Below, one piece after another: positions 12,955-25,250 of a DNA stretch of 64,000 nt. Numbering within the stretch: the first letter of the stretch is position 1; every line of letters begins with the position of its first letter. The notes below the pieces were generated by a model. That model ran no database searches. It saw nothing but the letters and a program-made list of their open reading frames with translations, and had not been told where the DNA came from. Both the position numbers and the translations under genes were made by a program. Origin of the DNA: Geosiphon pyriformis uo1 (Eukaryota > Fungi > Glomeromycota); the NCBI GenBank assembly GCA_016748015.1, contig JAAOMT010000639.1, positions 124,001 to 188,000 of the forward strand, read 5' to 3'.

Positions 12955-14086
12955 TATAATCCTACAGAAAACCAGCACCAACTACACTTATCTCAAAAGT
13001 GGCAGAATCAGAAAGTATAGGAGCAAACCATTTAGGATTTATGAAATCCTTATTTCAACACTACTGTCAACACTTAGGATTAAACCAAAATCATATATCA
13101 GTGGAATCTACCTTCAATTTCTATGTTAACAAGAAAATTGCATATTTGTTAGGAACACCAGTAAACACTGAATTAGCAAGAGAAACTTTTTATCACAAAT
13201 TAATCCAAAACACCAGCCTACCAACAAATTATAATTTCACATTCATCATTACTGAGATTAATAAAGAAATTGAACATTATACACAACAAAAATACCCAAT
13301 TACTTATACTAGTAAAGACAAAGAAAAATTACAAACACCAGCAGTAACACCAAAACAAATACAACCACCCACTTGGAAGAAAACCAGAGTTGAATCACCA
13401 ACAAATCCATCATACCACTATACACCTGGAAGCACCATCAACATTACATCAACAGGTGCATCCACATTACACATAACATTAACCTTTGGACAATTCTCAT
13501 TTCAGAGTAAACAAAAAAAAGAAGATCTTTTAGGACCATATGGCGTGTATTTTGAAAGATTTAAGTCCTGATCGCCAACGCCATCAGGACTTTGATCTCT
13601 GTCATCCCAACCAAATTTTGGAACTGCAAGTTTCTGAAAAGTAATGGAATCAGAGGAAGAACAAGAAGAAGAGGAAGAAAAATCTGAAGATCAAGAATTT
13701 ACTTACCAGAACCCAATCCTAAAGAACCCAAACATTGAAATCCCAAATTTCCAGACTCAACAAAATCTAAATTTAGAAAATCTGGAAATTGAAACTCTGA
13801 ATTTTCAAATGCAGCCAAATCAGAATGATTAAAACCTCGACTTAATTAATCAACAAAACTTACCTCCTGGAATCATTATTAATCAGCCACTAGCCGAACC
13901 CATACAATAACCATCCCAACAACTGCTTCAACAAATTCATTAGCTGCCTATATTACAACAACAATAACAAATGACATATGCACCAATCACGAAGCTCGAT
14001 AAATTCATTGGTGAAGAAGACAACACCCAAATCTGGCTGAATGATGTAGCTAAAGCAATTATAGCCAATAACTGGGATGATGCTAG

Positions 14087-14766
14087 TATTACAGGTTGGA
14101 GTAACAAGCTAACAGATAGCAAGGGAGAACAAGATTGTAGGGTGATGGAAATAATCAAAGGAGAATTTAACTTTAAAAAGTGAATTGAATGAGTATGGAT
14201 TCAATGTGCGAGATCAGTCTCATAAAATATCTCAGTCACTATTCTTTTCAAAAGGTAACAAGAGAATCTGAAGATAGAGGGATAGTCCGTACTGTCAACA
14301 ATTGATTACTATTGGTATAATTCTATGCCTCATGTTGGCACTCTTAGAATTCAATATCAGATATCAACTTGTGCTTTTCAGTCACATTTATTCAAATAAT
14401 CTTCAAATGCTACAATTATATACATTAGGAAAAGGCCAACAAGTAATCTTTTATCCTAAGATGTTTGGATACTTGAAGATAGGGAAAGGAAAATTAACAA
14501 TAAGAGAGTGATTGAGATAAAAGTTGTTATTTTTATTTATTTGATTCTTGTTTGAGAGATGATTTTCTACAGCTAAAAGACTCATCATTTATATAGCTAA
14601 TGAAAGTAGTCAACGATTAGGTCAATGATCAGGTCAATAATCAGGTCAACAGTCAGGTCATTGATCAGATCAATGATCACTATCTAAAAATAGAGTGGCT
14701 AATTATATGACATCAGTGGCTAATACATGTAATAACTAATAAAAATTATGGGTTTCAATCATAACA
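14087..14766 (-). repeat. B 3' LTR (680 bp, six 12-bp GTCAATGATCAG units)
   Basis: Direct repeat of 21103-21806. Confidence 0.93.
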
Positions 14767-15391
14767 TCATTCTCTCCAAAGAGATTGAGCTCTGCCAAAA
14801 TCAAGCTATTTATAGGGTATTCTAATTGAAAGGTTTTGTCTAACTCAAAACTAACTAGTTTGTTGAAGTCTTTTGTGAATAGAGTATATAGTACTTGAGG
14901 TGAAATAAGCTTTGTATCCAAGAGACCAAATCTTTGTATAAGAGTTTTGGCTCTTCTTGTAATAGTCAAAACTCTTGGGACATCTAAATATATAATGCCC
15001 GAAATTTCCACTTGTATCTCTGAAGTTGTTTTCTTCATGAGCTTCATTTCTTCTATAATTCACCAAAATGACCATAGAGTTCTAGTTGTCTTCCATATGA
15101 CAAGTTTTTGTCTATGGGCAAGATTTCCTTAATCGTTTTTCCAATTGTCATAGAAGGTGTAAGTATTGCTGCTGTTATGCTTTTCAGCAAATACTTATCC
15201 ATTTTGCTACCAATTCTTTCTCTTCTAGTAGTGGTTTTCTTTGGTCTAATAATAGTATGTGTTCCACTGTTATTAGTTATGGTGGTTTGTTTTCCAATGG
15301 TCAGAGTAGCATTTGGATAATTTTTGATCCAGTACTCATGGAGAGTGTAAAAAGTGTTTTGAATGTTTTGATCTAGGAAATAATTGTTCAT
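14736..15391 (-). pseudogene. Family-B ORF3 (unknown ~215-aa protein, one frameshift at ~15055)
   Basis: MNNYFLDQNIQNTF...LELYGHFGEL plus IEEMKLMKK...LISPQVLYTLFTKDFNKLV (track ORFs 15053-15487 and 14736-15047), located between integrase and the PPT. Confidence 0.6.
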
Positions 15392-15432
15392 GTCGATTGA
15401 AGATACCTCTGTTTTGGGAATAATGCATTTAT

Positions 15433-18400
15433 TTATATCTGATTTTTGTTGATCATTTGGGTCAGTATTACTATAACAGATAACCAATCAGGTCGTTTGT
15501 GATATTTCTTGAGTTGTGTGCCATAAACAGGATGATCATTGAAGATTGTTCCATATTGATCTTGTAAGATATAAGAACTATTGTTCAAAACTTTGTTAAC
15601 TATAAAGGGTCCTTTCCATCAGCTAGAGAATTTATTACCATAGACATTGTCTCTGTCTGAATGGTATTCTAAAACTAAGTCACCAACACTTAAGAAAAGT
15701 GTTTTATATGTTTTTTTTTTCTTAAGCTTCTCTTGGAATTGTTTTATCTTTTTAAAGGCAATTATCCGTGCTTCTACTAATAAGTCAAGAATAGTACCAA
15801 GTTTTTTTTGCAAAATGTCTTTGTAATTCCCTATTGTTATTTCTTCAAAGAGTATTGTCTTAATGTCAGTTTCTATTGGTAGGGTTGCCATTTGTTCATA
15901 GAATAGATAAAAGAATTCATAACTTGTTGTGTCATGATTCACAGTTTTATAAGCAAACAAGGCTGAAGGCAGTATTTTGTCCCATAAGTTTGTTTCTTCA
16001 CTGGTTTTGGCTAGGGTTTTACATAGTGTTCTATTAAAATGTTCCACTAGGCCATTTGTTTGGGGGTGATAAGAAGAAGAAAGTTTGTGACATATTCCTA
16101 TTTTTCTGCAAAGTTCTTTAACAAGTGTACTAAGAAAAGCTCTTCCTCTGTCAGATAAAAGTTTTTTAGTGCAGCCATGGCGACAAATGATATCTTCATA
16201 AATGAAATTGGCTATTGAGACTGCTGTTTGGTCTGAAGTGGCTCTTGCTTCTACCTACTTTGTAAAATAGTTGGTAGCTGTGATAATGTATCTGTTGCCA
16301 TCAAGAGTTATTGTTAAAGATCCAACAACATCTATACCAATTCTGTCAAAGAGTTGACCAACAGAGATTGGATGGATATCTTCTTTGCAATTGGGTTTTC
16401 CTCTTCTTTGGCAGATATCACAAGTTTTGATGTATTCAGCAATGTTTTTTCCCAAGATAGGCCAATAATAGCAAGCTAGAGTTTTCTGAATTGTTTTTGT
16501 TTTTCCAAAGTGTCTAGCTAATGGATCAGTGTGCATATTGTAGATCACAATTTCTCTTTCTTCAAATCTGATGACTCTCTGAGGGCAGTCAGGATCTTTT
16601 CTATTTCTTTTATAAAGTTGGTTCTGGCGAATCAAATAGAAATTTGATTGTTTGCACAAATGTTCTCTTTGTTATCATGTGTATTTTGGTGGGTATTGTC
16701 CTTTACCCAAAAATTCCATTAAGGCAGAGTAGTTGTTCAAATCTATTATTGTGTTTGTCAAAAAAGGGAATTACTAATAATTAAGTTGGTTTGGTTTGAG
16801 AGGGTTGTTCTGTTACTGGATGGTAAGTCTGGAGAGAGTGTCGGCATTTTGATGATTAGCTCCTTTGCAATGTTGAATATCATAGTTGAATTCATCCAAG
16901 TGGAATATTTAGCGAGTTATCCATTTGTGTTCTAGCCTCTTTTTGTTGCACAGCCAAACCAAAGCTTGGTAATCTGTTACCACCAAAAACTTCACACCAA
17001 GAAGATACTTACTCCAGTAACTGGTGGACTATACTACTGCTAAGCATTCTTGTTCAGTGACTGAATAGTTCTGTTCTGTTGGGGAAAGGGTTCTATTGGC
17101 ATAGGCTATGGCATGTTCTTTGCCATCTTCATTTTTCTGGAAGAGAACAGCACCAAGTTTAAAGCCAGATGCATCAGTGTGAAGAATAAAGGGTTGATCT
17201 AGATCAGGTTGCTTGAGGATGAGTTCTGTAACCAGTTTTTCCTTTAAAGTTTCAAAGGCTTTTTGCTGATGTGTTCCCCAATGGTAATTGACATTTTTCC
17301 TGAGTAGTTGATTGAGAAGAGAGGCGATTTTGGAGAAATCCTTGACAAATTTGCGATAATAAGAGACCAAACCAAGAAAAAAGCATAGTTCATGAATGTT
17401 CATTGGTTGTTTGATGTTTTGGACTTTTTCAACTTTGGCTGGGTCAGGAAAGATTCCATCTTTTGTGATAAGATGACCAAAGAACTGGGTGGATTGTCTT
17501 CCAAAGAAAGATTTGATTGGGTTGATCTTGAGGCCAGCATTTCTGAGGAGATCAAAAACCTTTTGCAAATGTTCCAGGTGTTCATCCCAGGTTTTTGAGT
17601 ATACCATTATGTCGTCCAAATAGACTAGAACAAAGTTTTCCTTGACTGATTCAAATACTTTATCCATTAAGCATTGAAAGGTGGGAGGGGCGTTGGTAAG
17701 ACTAAAAAGCATGACTGTGAATTCATAGGTGCCATACTTGGTGATGAAAGCAGTTTTCTTTCTGCTTTCTGGATCCATCTCTACTTGTCAGAATCCAGCA
17801 GTTAAGTTAATGGTTGAGAAAAAAGCAGCATCTTTGAATTGGTCTAACATTGCATCAATCTTGGGAAGTGGGTACATGTTTCTTTCAGTGATAGCATTTA
17901 ATTGGCAGTAGTCAACACAGAAGTGTAGTGTTCCACTTTTCTTGGATACCACTACAACTGGGAAAGCCCATTTACTCTTAGTTTCTTGTATGAATCCAAG
18001 TTCTTTTATCCAGTTTATCTCTTTCTTGATAAACTCATCATTGTGTCAATTGGATTGATAAGGCTTCAAATGGATGGGTCGAGTTTCTCTGGTGGTAATG
18101 GTGTGTTGTATCACATGGGTATATCCAGAAGTATCACCTTCTTTGGAGATAACTGGGCTATTTCTAGCCAGCAAATTTTCAATGTCTATTTTTCTTTCTT
18201 CTGAGAAGAGTTCTTTTTGTTCTACAACCAGTAATTAGATCTCAGGTGGTTCATTCTCAAAGGACTTCTGTACTTCTTTCAATTTTTCTCTGGATATCAA
18301 ACTGATTGGTTCACAATCTCTGTAATAGATCAGACATGATTTGCATTCATTGCTTGGAAAATACAAGGGTTTGTTGCACCAACACCGAACATAAGGGCCA

Positions 18401-19500
18401 TGTCACCAAAAACTGTATTTGGCTTTCTTGCCAGGTTTTCTTTCAAAGGTTTTTCTAAGAATATCATAATAAGATCAGCAGATCAGCTTGCCATTTACAA
18501 TGATTCCTTCTTTGTCTGCTTTAACATTGTCCAGTGGTTTGCCATTGCTGGTGAAGGTGGTATAGACAAGTTCAGTAGTTTCTTCTTGCTCTTCTTGTTC
18601 TTTTTCTTTATTGCTTTTTTTATCATCTGATTCATCTGATTGTTCTTCTTCTTGGTTTTGTTTGGGTACTGGAGGAGTTGTTCAATGGCAACACTTAACC
18701 ACAATGGGTTTCTTACCACATCTGATAGTTAATTCACAAAGTTCATAATCAAGCAAAGCTTTTGCTTTCTTGAGTCATTCATTGCCAACAATGATGGTGT
18801 ATTCCTTGGCTTCAGAAACTTCCATGTCAGTTTCAATGCTGATTCCATTAATGCGAACAGGAACAGCTTTGGCAATACTCAGTCCTTTTTTTTTGTCACC
18901 ATGTATGTTGGTCATTGGTCTGGTAGAAGATTCATCAATCTTTCTACCAATTGCTTCTAAGAAGTGTTTGACAATGACACTAACAGATAATCTACTGTCC
19001 AGAATTAAGTCAATGAAGTATTCAGCCACTTGGGCTTTACAAATCAGAGAGATAACATTGCTGTTGTCAGCAAGTCCAGCTTGGCAAGGGAGCTTGTTGG
19101 TTTTTGGTGTTTTCTTCTTTGGAATCAAGAATTTGCGAAAATCTTTTCTGAACTGTGGATGAGTCATTAACTGGCCAAAAATAATATGTACTGGGGTTTT
19201 CATGAGATCTTTAACAACGGAATAGGGTCCAAATTTTTGTACAATTTCTGGGGGTTCCAACTTTGGAGAATTCTTAAAAACTTTAACCTTTGGTGGCTCA
19301 TTGTTATCAGTGGCAGAAGTTGAGGCTTTGTTGGGGTCTAGAACAAAATCAACCTTGGCTTTCTTCTTCTTTCTGGTTGGTTTTGAAATGTTGATTGCTA
19401 GTTCATCTATGTCATAGTCATCATCAGTTAAGTTAAAAGTGTAAAAGAGGTTTTCTTCTGGTTGGCTTGCACTCTCACCCTTTGAAGGTGCGCCTACCAG
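15433..19500 (-). pseudogene. pol: B pol (PR, small Cys motif, RT, RNase H, integrase)
   Basis: LILDSRLSVS protease; LVYLDDIMVYS RT; LHTDASG RNase H; HTDPLARH...CDIC and IGIDVVG integrase; KGPFIV GPY/F module. Confidence 0.92.
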
Positions 19501-21050
19501 TTCAAAAGCTGATAAACAGTGGCTTCAACTAGGGGATCCTCTCCAAAGAAATTGATGTTGGCATAATTGGATCTTTGATTGGGGACATTGTTGTTGTTGT
19601 TGGGTCTGTTGTTTTGGTTGTTATTGTTTCTGGAAGCTGGAGGAGACAGTGGAGGATTGTTACAATTTCTTGAATAATGTCTAGTTAATCCACAATGATA
19701 GCACACAGGTGGGCCACAATTTTGCTGTCTTTGATAAGGAGGTTGCTGGGGCTGGTTAAAACAAGGTTCATATCTAGGTCTTAGTGGTTGCTGGTTATTT
19801 CTGACTGCTTGTGCCAACAGTTCTAATAACTGGGCAAGGTTAGCTGTGAGTCTATCTATCAATTGTTCATTTGGGTCTTGGGTTTGGGTAGCAAAAGAAG
19901 TAGCAGCCACTTGAGGAGCAGGGGCCATGACAGAAACAGGAGCAAAAATTGGAAGTGTAGATCTCAGATGCATTCTTTGGTTATCTTCAATTCTTTGGGG
20001 GAGTTCAATAGCCATATCCATTATAAGGTTGTCTTTCAGAGCCAAGAGAGGCCAAAGAGCATACGATAAATCAGTTCTCAATCCTTTTGTGAAGGAGTGA
20101 ATTTTTTGCTCTTCAATCCAGTTTCTACCAGAGTCTACACACTTGATGAGTTTTCTGATTGCTTTGGCATATTTGATCACAATTTCACCAAGACCTTGGG
20201 TTCTTCTTTTTAATTCTATACACCATTTGGATATTAAGATGGGGGTTCTGAATTTGTTTTCAAACCAGATAGTAAAAGAGATATTGTTTTCTCCAATATT
20301 TGCTGGGGTCTATCTAACAATTTTTTGTTGAGCACCAGTATTGGTTTCTTGTGAAAACCAGGTAGCAGAGGAGTCTTGGAGGTAGCCACCAATGATTTGG
20401 AACTTGTATTCATCATCATACTGGTTTGCAGTGGCTGCTCTTTCAAAATCATCTAACTATTCAATTAAATCTTGAGCATCACCTTTGAATAGGGGTAGTG
20501 GGGTGTTGTTTCTTTGTCCCAAAGCAGTTTGTATGCCTTAGAGGGTGGCCAGGATGTTTACTTGTATTGGATCTTGGGCTATTGGTTCAGAAGTTACTGT
20601 TTGTGTGGAGTGCTCTGATTCACTTAAGAAAAGATCAAAAATAGGGGCTGTTTAGTAGCTTTCTTCTTCTGTTTCAAAGAGAGTTACTGTTGATTGATGG
20701 GCAGTAATCCAAATGTGGATTTGATGATTTAGATATTCGAAATCAGGGGGCTGTTGTTCAAAGGTTGTAGAATATAAAAGCTGATTGATACTGTTGTTTC
20801 TTTCTTCAAAGTTGTCTTCAAAATAAGCTTGATCAAAGTAATAGGTTGTATAAATTGTATAGGTTTCAGTTGAATGCTCATTCAGGAACCAGTTCCAAAA
20901 GTCTTGGAATTGTCTGCTAGATTGTTTTTTAATGAGAAAGCAGATCAAGCAGGAGGGCAGAGGATTAAGTTCAATAAAATCTAGGTCATTTCTATTGTGT
21001 ATTGCAAAGTGTTTTTCTGATTGCTGTGGCAGATATGAGTAATCACCCAT
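19494..21050 (-). pseudogene. gag: B gag
   Basis: One frame from MGDYSY through LPLFKGDAQD, QKIHSFTKGLR and the CYHCGLTRHYSRNC knuckle to TAG at 19494. Confidence 0.85.
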
Positions 21051-21079
21051 ACAATGAGAGAATAAGTGAATTTTGACAA

Positions 21080-21096
21080 CCTCACAGGGAGCACCA
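21080..21096 (-). promoter_or_regulatory. B primer-binding site, identical to family A
   Basis: Reverse complement is TGGTGCTCCCTGTGAGG, 6 nt from the 5' LTR. Confidence 0.85.
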
Positions 21097-21102
21097 CTTT
21101 TA

Positions 21103-21806
21103 TGTTATGGGTTGGAGTAATAAGCTAATGGATAGCAAAGGAGAACAGGATTATAGGGTGATGAAAATAATCAAAGGGGAATTTAACTTTAAAGAGTGAA
21201 TTGAATGAGTATGAATTCAATGTGCGAGATCAGTCTTATAAAATATCTCAGTTGTTATTCTTTTCAAAAGATAACAAGGGAATCTGAAGATAGAGGGATA
21301 GTCCATACTGTCAACAATTGATTACTACTGGTATAATTCTATGCTTCATGTTAGCGCTCTTAGAATTCAATATCAGGTATCAACTTGTGCTTTTTAGTCA
21401 CATTTATTCAAATAATCTTCAAATGCTACAATTATATACGTCAGGAAAAGACCAACAAATAATCTTTTATCCTAAGATGTTCGGATACTTGAAGGTAAGG
21501 AAAGGAAAATTAGTGATAAGAGAGTGATTGAGATGAAAGTTGTTATTTTTATTTATTTGATTCTTGTCTGAGAAATAATTTTCTACAGCTAAGAGACTCA
21601 TCGCTTATATAGCTAATGAAAATAGTCAATGACCAGGTCAATGACTAGGTCAATGATCAGGTCAATGATCAGGTCAATGATCAGGTTAATGGTCAGGTCA
21701 TTGATCAGGTCAATGATCACTATCTAAAAATAGAGTGGCTAATTATATGACATCAGTGGCTAATACATGTAATAACTAATAAAAATTATGGGTTTCAACT
21801 ATAACA
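21103..21806 (-). repeat. B 5' LTR (704 bp, eight 12-bp units)
   Basis: TGTTAT...ATAACA termini; exactly 24 bp longer than the 3' LTR. Confidence 0.93.
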
Positions 21807-24720
21807 CTAGAGCCATGCAAGCAATTCTCTACTTTCTTCAGGACACTGCTGATACATGATACCAAAGCTTTGCCATCAAACCCCAAAATTTTAACAAATT
21901 CAAAACCAAATTCTTAAGATACTTTAGTAACAATAATAGCATCAACAAATTAGCCAACATCTTCGCTACAATCAAACAAGGGGAAACTGAAGCAGTTACC
22001 ACTTACTTGAGATGGTTCCACAGGAACCTATGCCAAATTCAAGCAATCCAAGATGACTATTTTACAGTGTCACAAATTCTAAACCAGTTCATCTGTGGGT
22101 TGCACAGTAGCATCCTCCAATGCGTACACCTAAGATACCCACAAACTCTTTAGAATGCAGTTATCAATGCACGAGATTTTAAAGCAGCTGAACTAGAAGC
22201 CAATTATGCTCAAGCCATAAACTTAGTCATGAATGGATCATCTGAATTGGATTTCAAATTGAAACAATTCAGTAATTCAATTAATTAGAAATTGGAAAGA
22301 TACTTAGCTAACAATCGCGCAATATATTAACCATTACAATGATGTAATAATTCTGGAAACACAGATCGTTTCCAGAATCAGTTGCATCCAACATCTTCAA
22401 CCAATCAACAGTGGCAGTAGGAAACACATATTTGCCACTATTGTGATAGACAAGGACATTTGCAATTTGAATGTCGAAAAAAAATAAGCGACCAGAGATT
22501 AGTTAATCAGTATCAAAATTCTGATTGCTGACTACAAACTCAGAATTATGTCAGTAATTAATCAAACCCAGCTCTATATTAATAAGATTACTTACCTATG
22601 ATACAGCCAATATATCAAACACCAATGATGCAGCAATTATACTTATCTCCAGTCTATCAGCCTCCAGTAGCAATTTATCAATCACAGTCCCAATCCAATT
22701 ATTAGCCGCAGTCTCAGGTAAATTATCCACCCCAACAACATCAAACACTACCACAGAACTTATCTCAAAACAAAACTCAAAGACCAAGATTAATACAGCA
22801 AAGCTGGAGATTGTCAATGGTAGTCTATCAACCAATCTCCAGTTCCATGGCACAACCATCAGAATCTTGACCATGAAATTTGGGCACCAGGTACACCCAA
22901 AACCCAAATTCTCAGAACTATTTAAGTCTTCTGGTTACTCCAGAAGATGTCCCACCCAATAATCTGAAAACCAACCAAAAACAATCACTTACCAACAACA
23001 TACCTCCAGCCATCATCACCAATGACGAATTACTAGTAGTGATCTTTCCATTCGAACTTGAAGAAACTACATCAGTTTTATTATTCAGTGGAGCTGCTTT
23101 TGACACCAAACCAATTACCACTATGTACACTGATGCCAAAGTTGATGGCCACTCCATTAAACTGATCTTAGATAGTGGATCAGCTGGCAGCATTATTACA
23201 AAGCAACTTATGAACCAATTAGGTCGCCAAGTTGATTGTGCTGCCAGTGCCAGAATTATAACTGCCAATGGAGCAACCAAAACTCCCATTGGTAAGATTG
23301 ATGACTTCCTTATAGAAGTCAATGGTATTATTGTACCAATTAAAATATTAGTCATAGAAGTCACCCAATACCAAGCACTCATTAGTAATAATTGGTTATC
23401 TAAAACCAACATATCGCTTGATTGGAATACACAGGAGCTTCAAATCAGCCAGAACGGATGACACACACATGTACCAGCCACATGTGGCCACTTTACAACC
23501 ACCTACTTGACAGCACCACTCATAGAGTTCGAAGAAAAAAAAGAAAAACCTACCTGGGAAGCTTATCAAGTGTCCTGGGCTGGTGAAAAACACAATGAAC
23601 TGCCACCAGTACCTTCATGGGATGACAATAACAGGAAAAAAAAGAAAAGAGAAGAACTTATCTGGAATGCTGACCAAAACTGAAAAATCCATAACAATCA
23701 GGATGAATTATCAATAACCTGGAAATGGGAAGAGGATAAAATAAAAAGAAAAGGGAAAAAAAAAAAAAAAATTTCATACCAACTCTTATTTACCCTACAT
23801 ATACGTACACAACACTACAATCAAGCTATTGTCACCCAAAACTCATATGCATTGATTGTAACAAGAAATTATTGTCAATGGGCACGTGTTGTGATAACAA
23901 TAAGGAATACTCAACAGCAACCAAATTCTATTGTTGTGCATGCATCATAGAACACTTTGGATGTCCAAAACAAAAAGAAAAATAGGACAATGAATCATGC
24001 TTGGCTTGTGGTGAAACTTTTCTGGACAAAGAAATGTGAAATGACATTCTTAAACAAGAAGAAATGTGTGACAAATCATGTCAATACACAATTCTCATAA
24101 GCAACTGGATAAGAAAAGGAATGTTTATAGACACTGCCTGGAGATGAGCCATTAAACGTCTGAACAGATGTCCACATGATAATAACAAAATCTGGTAAAT
24201 GGCACTTGCCAAAATTGAAGGAGCAACCCCAGAAGAAATAAAAACAATCAAAGACAACCCATCTGAACTCATAAAACTTAACTGGGACCCAGAACCAGTC
24301 ATAAATCTACTAGATCCAGAACAATTCTACAAATACTACCAGGAATTAGCACTTACTAAAAAAGAACAAGAGCAACAGTTGGAAAAAATCAATACTTGAC
24401 TATGTGACCATTGTTTAATTCTCTGTGACTTCCAATATTGTAATGAGTGTGACCTCATTTACAATCCACCACCATGCATAATCTACACAATCTCAGAGGA
24501 AGAAAAACCAATCAGCAGCTGTGCATTGGAATTGGAATCAGTTTCCAATTCCGATTCAGACTTCGACAATAATGACAACAAAAATAACAGTTCCAGCTCT
24601 ATTCAAAATGGCAATAACAATAACAACAATTCCAACTCGGATTCAAACTCTGATTCAAACTATGAACAATATATTGCACTCTTTGATCTCACCAAGGAGC
24701 AGGAACTAAAATGGTTCAGC

Positions 24721-25250
24721 AATAATGATAAAGATATTATGCCAGAATGCACACATGATACTGACGCAGGATTTGATCTGAGATATCTGGGGAAAGATTC
24801 CATTAAATTGGAACCACATTCACACACTTGCATCAATAATGATAAAGATATTATGCCAGAATGCACACATGATACTGATGCAGAATTTGATCTGAGATAT
24901 CTGGGGAAAAATTCCATCAAATTGGAACCACATTCACACACTTGCATCAATCTGAAAATAGCACTGGAAATTCCAGCAACAACAATGGTTCAATTAGCAT
25001 CCAGAAGTAGTTTAGCAAAAAGGGAATTAACATTAGAAGAGGAATAATTGACACAGAATACATAGAAAATATTATTGCTATGCTACAAAATGATTCAGAA
25101 AAGACATATACCATAGATCCAAATAAAAAAATAGCACAGGCAATATTCCTACTTCTGATGAAAATAGCTCAATTATTGTCAGTAGGAAACAGGGAGGAAT
25201 TAGGGATTACAGTTAGAGGGATACAGGGATTTGGATCAATGGGTATAATA
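24721..25250 (+). pseudogene. dut: dUTPase domain of A2, with a 114-bp tandem duplication
   Basis: DAGFDL, LASRSSLAK, KIAQAIF, RGIQGFGS; units 24721-24834 and 24835-24948. Confidence 0.88.

Larger units (their letters stand above)
14087..21806 (-). mobile_element. B: full-length Ty3/Gypsy element of a second family, inserted in A2 gag
   Basis: LTRs 14087-14766 and 21103-21806; TSD CTAG at 14083-14086 and 21807-21810; PBS 21080-21096; PPT ~14767-14785. Confidence 0.93.

Noticed and set aside
22918-23412. Recurrent antisense ORFs opposite the protease (also 9096-9707, 54868-55161, 60298-60591)
   Set aside because: Shadow frames of the conserved sense coding sequence; they recur because the elements are paralogous.
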